DNA of 60,238 nucleotides, filler included, from Basidiobolus ranarum (Eukaryota): NCBI GenBank assembly GCA_040143965.1. It is 7 parts of 7 records of this genome, joined end to end, with 100 filler letters (N's around TTAATTAATTAA, not from the genome) between each part and the next. Parts side by side here need not be neighbours in the genome. Positions count along the whole stretch, not along the records: positions 43,148 to 51,652 come from JASJQH010007837.1; positions 51,753 to 60,238 come from JASJQH010007838.1; 5 more parts are not named here. One strand, 5' to 3'. Shown piece by piece: positions 50,201 to 60,238 of this stretch (position 1 is its first letter; each line of letters starts with the position of its first letter). The notes under the pieces were generated by a model. It saw only the letters and a program-made list of their open reading frames with translations, ran no database searches and was not told where the DNA came from. The position numbers and the translations under genes were made by a program.

Positions 50201-51652
50201 CCGAATCCAGATTCAAGGAATGCCCGCAGTGTTGGCTTTATCAAGTAGACCCTGGCTCAGTTACAGTTTCCAATCGAGAAATAGACTGACACCTTTGTCG
50301 TATCCTTTTCATGTATTAACTTTATTCCATTTCAATTGAATCTTAAGCATTTTTCCTTGACTTGAATCAATCCAGTTATGAGGCTTTGGAATATGGTTCT
50401 GGCTTCTGTTCTGAGCAGTGTTCCGAGGGAATTGTTGCTATTTCAGCTAATACCCTTAGAATTTTGACAGTGGAAAAACTTGGAGATGTTTTCAATCAAC
50501 TCTCTATCCCACTTCAATACACACCTCGTCGTTTCGTTGTTCACCCTGCTTCTAGGAATTTCGTTATTATTGAATCTGAACATAATACTTATTCTCCTTC
50601 GGAACAGAAAAAACTCTTTGAGAAAAAGGTGACATCTTTATATACGATATCTAAATACTTACCCTTGTTAACTAACCCATTTGATTAGGGTTTGGACCCT
50701 GATGCCGAGGCAAACAGCCTTCCAGCAGATGTATACGGTCTTCCCAAAGCGGTACCTGGAAAATGGGCCTCATGTATTCGTGTGTTGAATCCTTTCCAGG
50801 TAATTTATAATGAAATGAGATTATTTTGTTACAACCTCTGATGAGTTTTCTATTCACCAGGGAGATACACTTTCATTGATCGAGCTTGAGGATAATGAGG
50901 CTGCATTCAGGTATATAAATTCCACTTCAAGAGTGACATACGTATAAATACTCACAGTTCTCCTTAGCATGACAACCTTGGTATTCCACACCAATCCTCA
51001 AGAGCTTTGCCTTGCCGTCGGTACTGCTAAAGATGTAACTCTAGCACCTAGAACGTGTTCTGCTGCTTTCATTCATTTATATAAATTTGCTGAAGACGGC
51101 CAATCACTTGAGTTAGTTCACAAGGTATGTCTTGGCTTTATTGAACTTGTAGAATAGCTTAACAAACTAAATCTTCAACACTAGACTCCGGTTGATGATA
51201 TACCCCTCGCTCTACTTGGATTCCAAGGACGGTTACTCGCTGGTGTAGGAAAGGCACTTAGAATATATGATGTTGGAAAGAAGAAACTCCTTCGTAAATG
51301 TCAAACAAAGGTAATATATTTTGGTAGGATCATCTGTTAGACTAGGTGTTAACTAACTTTGCCTTAATAGTCCATCCCTAGATGCATCGTAAATCTTCAC
51401 ACTCAAGGAAGTCGCATTATCATTTGTGATATTCAAGAATCAGTTCATTATGCCACTTACAAAGCAAGAGAGAATCAAATCATCATATTTGCCGATGATT
51501 CCTCACCAAAATGGTTAACTTCCACTACCATGATTGATTATGATACGGTCGCAGGTGGCGATAAATTCGGAAATTTCTTCATCGAACGTTTACCCCAAAG
51601 TATTAGTCAAGAGGTGGATGATGACCCAACCGGTAATAAGGTTATCTCGGAG
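47258..51652 (+). CDS. RSE1: Splicing factor 3B subunit 3 (Rse1/SF3B3), at least 20 exons, 3'-truncated
   Basis: [133 protein letters not shown]. Confidence 0.97.
49338..49400 (+). other. GC-AG intron in RSE1
   Basis: CAG|GCATGT...TTAG|ATT restores [15 protein letters not shown]. The nearby GT at +4 is out of phase, and retention hits a TAG. Confidence 0.75.
50300..50375 (+). other. U12-type GT-AG intron in RSE1
   Basis: Donor GTATCCTTTT, branch TTTTCCTTGAC (50351-50361) about 15 nt before the acceptor; phase 2. Removal restores LTPLS-YEALEY. Confidence 0.92.
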
Positions 51653-51752
51653 NNNNNNNNNNNNNNNNNNNNNNNNNNNNNNNNNNNNNNNNNNNNTTAA
51701 TTAATTAANNNNNNNNNNNNNNNNNNNNNNNNNNNNNNNNNNNNNNNNNNNN
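51653..51752. other. Artificial contig linker
   Basis: N44-TTAATTAATTAA-N44. Confidence 0.99.
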
Positions 51753-53850
51753 AGGGTACAGACTATATGACACTGAAAATAAGAGGCTAATCAAGTCAAG
51801 GGATGTGGAATTTGCTGAAGAAGAAGAATTTTCAATCAACACAATCCAGGATCAAGAAAAACAACCAAAAATTGATGAAAATTCTTCTTTCTCTCACCAG
51901 ATCCCAATCAGTGAGAAAAACATTGAAAATTCTTCACCTGCAGTCTCCTCAACCAAGCCTGAGGTGGTTTCATTACCAAAATTGGTACCAGAAGTTGTAG
52001 TGCCAATTTCCTACCTTAGGAAATCCAATTAGATGAAATATCTGCCTGATTACTACTCTTACACTAGCCAAAAGGAGCCCAGTGCTAATTTGGCTCTATC
52101 TGATGAGCCCAAATCAGTACAGGAAGCTATGGAGAGTCCCAACACAGAGTTTTGGAGTGCTGCAATGACAGAGGAGTATCAGTCAATCATAGATAACCAA
52201 ACTTGGACTTTGGTCAGTTTACCTGATGACTGAGAATCAATTAGATGCAAATGGGTGTTTAAAGTTAAACAGTATGCTGATGGGTCTGTAGAAAGATATA
52301 AAGCCAGAGTTGTGGCTAAAGGATACAAATGGAAGGAGTAGACTACAATGAGACATTTGCCCCTGTAGCAAAGTTTAATTCCATCAGAACTGTACTGGCA
52401 GTTGCAGCAAAACACAGCTTAACAATCCATCAAATGGTTGTTAAAACTGCTTTTTTGAATGGAGACTTGGAAGAGAATATATTCATGGATCAACCAGATG
52501 GTTTTGTGTGTCCTGATCACCCTGAGGATGTGTGAAAGCTACAAATATCACTTTATGGACTTAAAAATCACCCAGGGCCTGGTAAACTAAGATAGACACA
52601 TACTTGGAATCTCTTGATTTCCATAAGAGTACAGTGGATTTTGGTATTGACTTTAAGACTCATAAGGAGAGTAAGGTGATACTTGTCTTATATGTAGAAG
52701 ATCTGATTATAGCTACCAATAATGATGAAGCTCTGAGGAACATCAAAAGAGATCTATCAGTCTAATTCAAGATGTCCAATTTATGTGGACTTATGTATTT
52801 TTTAGGTCTACAGATCCATACAGATCTACTGAGCAAATCTATTACTCTGAATCTATCTAAATACATCTCAGACATTCTCAGATGTTACAAGATGGTGAAT
52901 TGCAAGCCAGTAGCAACTCCCATAGATTCAGGTGTGAAACTAGTCAAAATCCCATCAAAAATGATGAAAATTGGCCAAATATGGTTCAAAATATGTCATT
53001 TCAAAGCCCTGAGTTTTCTTATCAACCTATGGTAGGCAGTGTCATCTATGCCATGACTGGAACCCATCCAGATATCTCTTTTGCAGTGGGAGTAGTTAGC
53101 CAACATTTGCAAAACCCATGATCTGAGCATTATGCAGCAGTTAAGTGGATTATTGGATATTTAAAGGGGACAGTTGATCTGCAATTAAGCTACACACATT
53201 CTTACAAGAATAAGGATTTAATTGAGTTTAGTGATGCAGCTTGGGGAAGTGATATTGAGGACAGAAGATCTATCACTGGATATGCCTTTCTCTAGTGACT
53301 CCACCATATCTTGGAATAGCAAGAAACAACCCACCATAGCACTTTCAACAACTGAAGCAGAGTACATGGCAGCATCAAATACATCAAAGGAGGCTACGTG
53401 GTTAAGGAAACTTTTCAAAGACTTGGGCATTTTCAAAGTTCACCCACCATAATTTTCAAGATTAATCAAACTTGTATTTCTACAGCTAAAAATTGCAAAT
53501 TTCATGCTAGAAGTAAGCACATTGGCATTTAACATCACTTTGTTAGAGAAGCTTATGAGAATAAGCATGTCCAACTACAGTACTGTCCACCTGAGGACAT
53601 GAGCCAAAATTTGAAGAATTAAGATTTAAGTTAGGATTTAGATATATGAATGTTTAGTTGGGAGGAGTGTTGAAGTTTATTGTTTTAATCATATTTGTTA
53701 TCTCTATCTTTTTACATCTAACTATTTCATATATCATATCTAAGTTACTTAACATTACTTAGTCAAATATCACTTAACTGCAAATTGGAACATATATAAT
53801 ATATATATGTGAATAATGTGAGAATTGGCAATTCTATATTAGAAATTTCA
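51753..53850 (+). mobile_element. Decayed Ty1/copia retrotransposon, 3' half (integrase C-terminus, RT, RNase H, PPT, 3' LTR start)
   Basis: GYRLYD..SRDVEF, EPKSVQEAM, CKWVFKVK..DGSVERYKARVVAKGY, VDYNETFAPVAK, KTAFLNGDLEE, LYVEDL, SWNSKKQPTIALSTTEAEYMA, with several stops and frameshifts. PPT GGGAGGAG precedes TGTTG at 53668; the LTR right end is uncertain. Confidence 0.93.
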
Positions 53851-54329
53851 ACCTCAACCAAATTGCCCCTAATATAGCTTATTTTACTCCCACAGATGTT
53901 CTGAACACAACCTCAGTGTTACATTTTTGTATTTTCCACCAAAATGTATAAATGCATTATTTCTGGACAATAAATAATTATTGCACAAAGCTAATTGTAA
54001 CTCCACTTTTCTTAAGTTCCTCCACACAGCCCACATTTTCCCAATATGACAATCTTAGATTAAGACAAAAATCTATTTTCTCCTGTTCCAACCATTAAAA
54101 TTGATTCAAAGCAAAACTACAAAGAAGAAGTATTTATGTGAGTCTTTAGGGCTACAATCAGCCTACTGAAGTGCCAAATATAATGCTAAAAGCAGTGTTA
54201 CATATTCCCTAACCAAGAGATCCAATTAGATCAGAAATAACCCATAATACTGTATCAATTGTGCCAAATTTGCCCCAATGACTGCCCAGCTCAAATACAT
54301 GAGCTCCTAACTATATAAAAAGACCCAAA

Positions 54330-55872
54330 TGACCATGATACAAAATTTTAGAAATCTACAATGGCTGATGAGTACCAGGGTTTGATTATTAATCAAACTT
54401 GAATATTAACCAACTGACCTAATGATAGAATATCAATTGGCCACCAATGTTTGTTTGAAGTTAAGTAAAACTCTGATGGCAATGTAGAAAGGTACAAGCA
54501 TAGGCTACTAGCCAAAACTATTCCAAAACACCAGGATTATATTTATAGAAACTTTTGCTCATGTGGCAGGGTTTAATTCTTGATTGATTTTGGTAATTTA
54601 AATCAAATATCAGTTTATTTTATATCCAATCGATGCAAACACAGCTTTTTTCAGTGGTAACTTGCAGTAGAGATCTATAAAGATGTACCAGATAGATTTG
54701 TGACCCAGAGAATGCTACAAAGTTTTCAGGCTCTGGAAAACACTCCATGGCTTAAATCAATCTCCAATAGCTAGGAACAGCTATATAGCTGCTTTTTAGA
54801 AACACTCAAATTCAAAAAGAGTAACGTTGAGTATAGGATCTACTAAAGGTCAGATAAGGACAACCAGTTCTATTGGCCATACATGTAGATGAACTTATAA
54901 TAGCCATCAATGAGTTGAAAAATTGCAGAAAACCAATACAGCTTATGTGCCTAATTCCAAATACTGATCTTGGTGAACAGATGTACTATTGTGGAATTCA
55001 AATCAAGACAGAGAGAGATACAAAAGAAATAACTTCAAACAAGTCTAGATATTTTGTAGATATACTAAAAAGCTTAAAATGAAACAATACAATTTGGTAT
55101 ATATACCAATGCCAAGAAATCTTGACTCAAACAAAAATGGCTCAAATAAGGGGTTCTAAGATTCAAATATAAGCCACAGGTTTTCTCATCAATTTATGTT
55201 TGTTAGTTTGATGTATTTAATATTTGGAATATGGGCAGATGTTGCATATCATATTCTGTGGGAATTACATACCTATATCTTCAAAATTATGGATCAGATC
55301 AAATCATAGCAGTTAGGCAGATCTTCCAATATTTGAGAGGTACAATGAATTGTTGCTTAAATACACATTTTCTGGATGTAATTTTGAACTTATGGGATAG
55401 TCAATGCAAATTAGGGAAGAGATATTGAAGACATGAGATCCACAATAGGATACTTATTTCTTTGCTGTGAAGGAGCTATTTCTTGAAGGTCAAAGAAACA
55501 AACTGTTGTACCACTTTCAACAACAATAGCTGAATACATGGCTGACTCTGAAGCAGCAAAAGAAGCCATATGGTTAAGAAAGCTCCTGACACATTTAGGC
55601 TATTCTCAAAAGTAACCTACTACAACACTTCAAGATAGTCAAACCTGTCTCAAATTAGCTAAAGATCCCATGTTCCATGATAGAAGCAACCATATAGATA
55701 TTAGACATCAATTCATCGGAGATACTATAGTGAATAAATGTTTTGACTTAACTTATTGTTCTACTATATATCTGATTGCTGATATATTAAACAAACAATT
55801 AAGTAGACAGAAATTTCATATATTTAGACCTTACTGAGTGTTAGTTTATATGCCTTTTTAGTTGAGGTAGAG
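54330..55872 (+). mobile_element. Second, more degenerate copia RT-RNase H relic
   Basis: DGNVERYKHRLLAK, ETFAHVA, AIHVDELII, AVRQIFQYLRGT, SKKQTVVPLSTTIAEYMA, FHDRSNHIDIRHQFI, IADILNK; degenerate PPT GAGGTAGAG immediately before the LTR at 55873. Confidence 0.88.
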
Positions 55873-56217
55873 TGTTGAGTTCAGCATGGCCTAAGCACCG
55901 ATATAGTCATATATAGCTTAGTATTTAGTTATCTTACAATTCACTAAATATCACCAATATTCCCCATGGCAATTGACTCAGAATAATGACACCTGCCCAG
56001 AAGCTCTCAGATATATGGACTTTTCATGCATGTACTGGAAGTCCCAAACTTTACACCATTTTGCTGGGACCTTCCTTGCAACATTCTACACAGAAGTTTA
56101 CTTATATCTTTACAATCCTATCAATGTCAACTCTGAGCCCTATGAGTCAATAAGTGAAAACCACCAATTTCTCTAATTCTCCAAACCAATTCCAAGAGGC
56201 TCTTGAGTACTTGAACA
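55873..56217 (+). mobile_element. 3' LTR of the second copia relic; defines the solo-LTR family
   Basis: TGTTGAG...CTTGAACA directly after the PPT; homologous along its length to copies at 821, 32566, 36105 and 56783. Confidence 0.88.
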
Positions 56218-56782
56218 GAAAGGGGATAGTAATATATGGGTAAGTAATATAGAATAATAGAGAAAATCACCAAAATACAATACAACCTGAAAACCTCTTT
56301 AGTAAGCTGGAGAGTTTTAATCTTTAAGCATACTATGAGAACTAGAAAAATAAGTCTTTATAATAAGATAGAAAAAGAGGATAACAATTAGCTGGAGAAC
56401 ATAGGCCTAAAAGGGCCATGGTGTAATGATGGAGCTCTCTGAGCATACTTAGTGAATATAGGCAGACCAGATGCAAGCAGTTAATTCCCTGTTCATAAAG
56501 CCACCATTATACTTTGACTTCCAAGGAAATTGACAATAAACTCGAAGGTGAGCAATATTATGTACGGCCTAGACAAAACTCATTCTGATCTACTGTGTAT
56601 TACTGGAACACCTTTGCTCATGGGGATTTAAAGAATGGCAGGGTTAGAGGTTAGCTCTCATGCTCAAGTAGCTATCAGGATCTAATAGTGGTGCAAGCCC
56701 CAATCTGGCAACTCTGTTAAATCTATTTCCGAATACAGTTGCTTGCTGCTAGGTTGAGGTAGTTGTTTTTCTTGGGAGTAGT

Positions 56783-57097
56783 TGATAACATATTTAGGAG
56801 CCTGTTAGAAGTGGTTTGAAGAATTAGAGAAATAGGTAGTTTTCACTTACTGATTTATTGAGTTGAAAGTTGACCTTGATAGTTTTGTCATGATGTAAAT
56901 AAACTAACGTGTAGAATGTGTTAAGGAAGGTCCCAGGAACATATGAGCAAAGTTTGGGGCTTCTTTGAAAAATCTATATGTCTGATAACTTCTAAGTAAA
57001 TTCCTCATGAAAATAATGGGCAATATCTTAGTTCAATATAACTAAATACTAAGCTATATATGACTATATAGGTGTTTAGGCAATGCTAATTTCAACA
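56783..57097 (-). repeat. Solo LTR family copy, inverted relative to 55873-56217
   Basis: TGATAACATATTTAGGAGCCTGTTAG...GCTAATTTCAACA; very similar to 32566-32904; TSD not clear. Confidence 0.88.
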
Positions 57098-58073
57098 TTA
57101 ATTAGTATACTTGTAGTAACTCGCTACTAATTATGCTACATAGTTATTATCCCTTTTCTAAGGAAGTAATTTCAGCTCGATTAGCAACTTAATTTCAAAT
57201 CACTCATAGACAGTAGCTGATGCGATATCCGGTGTTTCTGCGGTCATGAGTTACGATCAACTACAGCTATTAGATCTGGAGTAAGTCTTAACTTAAGGTT
57301 CTTTAATCAATGGAACTTACATATAAACGCCAATTGAACAGAAATAGGAGTATTATGGAGAAATGAGTTACTGAGCTGGTCATATAAGGGAAGTGAATTT
57401 CAATAACAAATATGCACAAAAACCTGTAACGGGGTTTGTAGATCCTCGTAGCCAAGATGTATTTCATGTTGCAAATATTTCATTAATGCTCTTAATTAAT
57501 TCAATGGAGAAAAATCATCGAAAATAATCCCCTTTCCGTAATATTGGTTCACCATGTGGCGTCAGATAAATTGATTGTTTGTGTTCTCAATTAAGCTACG
57601 ACAGGACTATTTACCTGTGATTCTCATGCAAATAATACCCTGCAAACTCGCTGATACATTCAACCAAGCGTCAAACTTCCCTAAATGATTGATATCAATG
57701 TTGCTACAGAGGCGATGATGTCACATGGAGGTCATGACGAATTTACCAAGAGATCTGCTCCTCAATTTTTGACTTGCATTCAACAAAAATCTCTCATTCA
57801 TAATACGGATTCTCACAAAACCAGCCTCATGCAATTAAATAGCAATTTACTCGATGCCGGATGCTGTATATTCTGATTTATCTCATCAACAGTAATGTGG
57901 GGGTGGTTGGGAGTAAATGGCAAAGTCTATTATTCGTTCTAGATAGAAAGCTATCGAACCCGTTCTAGTTGAATACTGCAGCCTAGTACTCCAAGAATTG
58001 AACTATATAAGCGGATTTGTTGCGCTTGCTGTCTGATATACTTTTCATCTCATTGAACACCTTTGATTTTACC

Positions 58074-59377
58074 ATGAAATTTACTCTCTGCGCCCTGGTT
58101 TTGGCGTTAACTTCGTTGAGTACAGCATTTGCCCAGTGTCAAGCGACTATTCGTAAAGAAATTCGTCAGTTGACAAACTCCGAAAGAAATGCGTTCATCA
58201 ATGCAGTTAATACACTCAAGAGAAATGGTAAATACGATGAGCTGGTCTCTATTCACTTGAACTATGTACCATATGCGCATTCTACTCCAGCTTTCTTCCC
58301 CTGGCATCGCAACTACATCAAGACGTTTGAGCTTGCATTGCAGAAAGTCAATCCCAGAGTGACATTGCCGTAATGGGTAAGAGTTATTGGACAGTGCTAT
58401 GCTTTTCATGAGTTTTAAATGAATTATACATCAAAGGATTGGACTCTTGACTCTCAGGCACCAGAATACAGTCCAATTTGGAGATGGTTTGGTGGTAATG
58501 GGAGAAGTGGTGATGGCTGTGTTGTTACCGGGCCATTTGCCAACTGGAGAGCTAAACTACCTCAGCCTCACTGTTTGCAAAGGGAATGGGACTCCGGGCG
58601 GAAAATATCTGCTTTCTGGTCGCCAGAATCAATCAACTACTTTATAAAGTATTCCGATGGTTTTGATGATCTCAGAAACAACATCGAGCCTGGTCCACAT
58701 GCCACAGTACACAATAATATTGGTGGAGATTTTCAATACATGACTAGTGCTAACGAGTAAGGAGCAAACTTGATCTAGAATCCAACTCATTCTTGCTGAC
58801 ATATTTCGAATTATTTAGTCCTATCTTTTTTCTTCATCATGCGTTTATCGATAAAATATGGGCAGATTGGCAGATATTGCATCCTAGCCAGGCCTATGAC
58901 TACAGTGGAATCAATTTAGTCGGTGGTCGCAATGCCACAGTGAATGATGTGCTTACGCCCTTCAACACACGCGTACGCCAAGTCCAGAACTTCCAACGCC
59001 TTTGTTATAAATACTCGAGGAGTCCAAGTGCCAACATCGGTTTCCGGCAGAATCGTGTAAAGAGGACCATAGCGCATAATACTGAGAAAGTTGCTCTTAC
59101 ATCAACCAATGAATCTCTGCTTAAGAAAATTGCCTCATGTCCTCGACCGGATTATGCATCACTCTTACATATGCCGTCGTCGACCAATCGGCAATCCCAG
59201 CTTTCAAAGCTTCGCCCACCGATTGGTGTGAGCGAGCGCTTCAGTAAAATGATGAAATACGACCTTCATCATGTGCGTCAATTAGAACTCAATAATGCTC
59301 TGTACCTTAAGACACTCAATGATAAGGGATATGTTTCAAAGGTCTCCTTGAAGAATACCCTTCCTGTCAAATGCTAA
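58074..59377 (+). pseudogene. Secreted tyrosinase / di-copper protein, 3 exons, with one in-frame TAA
   Basis: Signal peptide MKFTLCALVLAL; IRKEIRQL; CuA region H...AHSTPAFFPWHR; CuB region [29 protein letters not shown]. Introns 58377-58436 and 58757-58818. TAA at 58371-58373 replaces the Tyr of LPYWDW. Confidence 0.8.
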
Positions 59378-60238
59378 CAATTCAGCTACCGTAATCTATG
59401 TGTTATTCCAGTTTAAGGACTTCTTATATTTTGATCAATTGGATAGTGGGAGTGTCTATTCCCTTCATTTGATGGCAAGGCTAATTAGGAATAAAGAGTT
59501 TCATCCTACTAAACTTTATTAATACCCCTCTGCATATTTCCGTAATTAGACTACAACCCGGCTCACGATATACCATTGCAGTTTGATGAGACTAGTTGCC
59601 TTCTACTAACCAGGCAGAGATAACAGCACTCGTTTATTGATATAGGCTACAACTCCTAGTCATCCATTTCTTCAAGAATGAAGAATACATCAGTATTATG
59701 GTAGATGTAACTGGCGGGATTATTGGAACACATTTCCTGTATGGCAGATATGCAATTGAAGCAGTGACAATCGAACCTGCATGTCTATCAGTAAGTATTA
59801 TATACGTATGAATTTTTGAGTAGCAATCATGCAGTAGTGTAACACTCGCTTTGATTAGCAAGTGATGCTTGGATTCTTATAGATGCGGTAGTGTCAGCGA
59901 TGTAGGAAACGGTACTACTGTTTAGAGTACTGCAACCAGAGGTGAGAGTAACTCTATAGCATTGACCCAAAATGAAATCAAACACATTTCATTATCCATT
60001 CAGCTATAATCAGCAACAGAAGTGTCGTATAAGTTCCTGCATTAGTTAACTAGCTCCACCAGAATAGTAATTGTTCAAAAGCAGAGATTTGTCGAGCCAA
60101 TCAATATTGGTTACTCAATGATACTTATTCTATATGAAAGAACCCCAGTAGAGGGGTTATACTTAAAATAGATGGAGCCGTTTGCAACGGTAGCTCCGGG
60201 CCATTCAGTGGCACGAACGGAAATTTGAACTACAATTT

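Noticed and set aside
8541-51752. Regularly spaced TTAATTAATTAA palindromes, and apparent clustering of splicing genes (PRP5 with RBM26/RSE1) across gaps
   Set aside because: These are artificial linkers between contigs ordered by length (8540, 8536, 8531, 8524, 8516, 8505, 8486 bp). Cross-gap neighbourhoods are not biological; only RBM26-RSE1 share a contig.
58371-58373. Genome-wide reassignment of TAA to Tyr
   Set aside because: TAA is used as a true stop by GH9, ferritin, RPL20 and the tyrosinase itself, and no other intact gene has internal stops.
59600-60238. Possible gene fragments at the window end
   Set aside because: Short interrupted frames with no recognisable domain.

Overview
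Eukaryotic genomic DNA, AT-rich and intron-rich (most introns about 55-110 nt). Gene content points to an early-diverging (non-Dikarya) fungus: animal-type ferritin, secreted tyrosinase, a PHO85-type cyclin and U12 introns. A Zoopagomycota/Basidiobolus-like source is an inference, not proven. The window is seven unrelated contigs of about 8.5 kb, in decreasing length order, joined by artificial N44-TTAATTAATTAA-N44 linkers, so adjacency across gaps is meaningless. Recognisable genes are GCN5, a secreted GH9 endoglucanase, GPD1, a mitochondrial-type Met aminopeptidase, ferritin, a Clg1/Pcl-like cyclin, a Gfo/Idh/MocA oxidoreductase, AlaX/AARSD1, COG1, PRP5, RPL20, RBM26/27, RSE1/SF3B3 and a tyrosinase. 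There are also two orphan genes, several decayed Ty1/copia elements and a solo-LTR family of about 340 bp. Most notable observations: (1) three U12-type (minor spliceosome) introns, two of them in the head-to-head RNA-processing pair RBM26-RSE1; (2) an otherwise intact tyrosinase with a single TAA at the conserved PYWDW tyrosine; (3) an 820-nt ATG-free region upstream of the cyclin; (4) near-total CpG erosion confined to retroelement relics. All exon structures and counts were worked out by hand.
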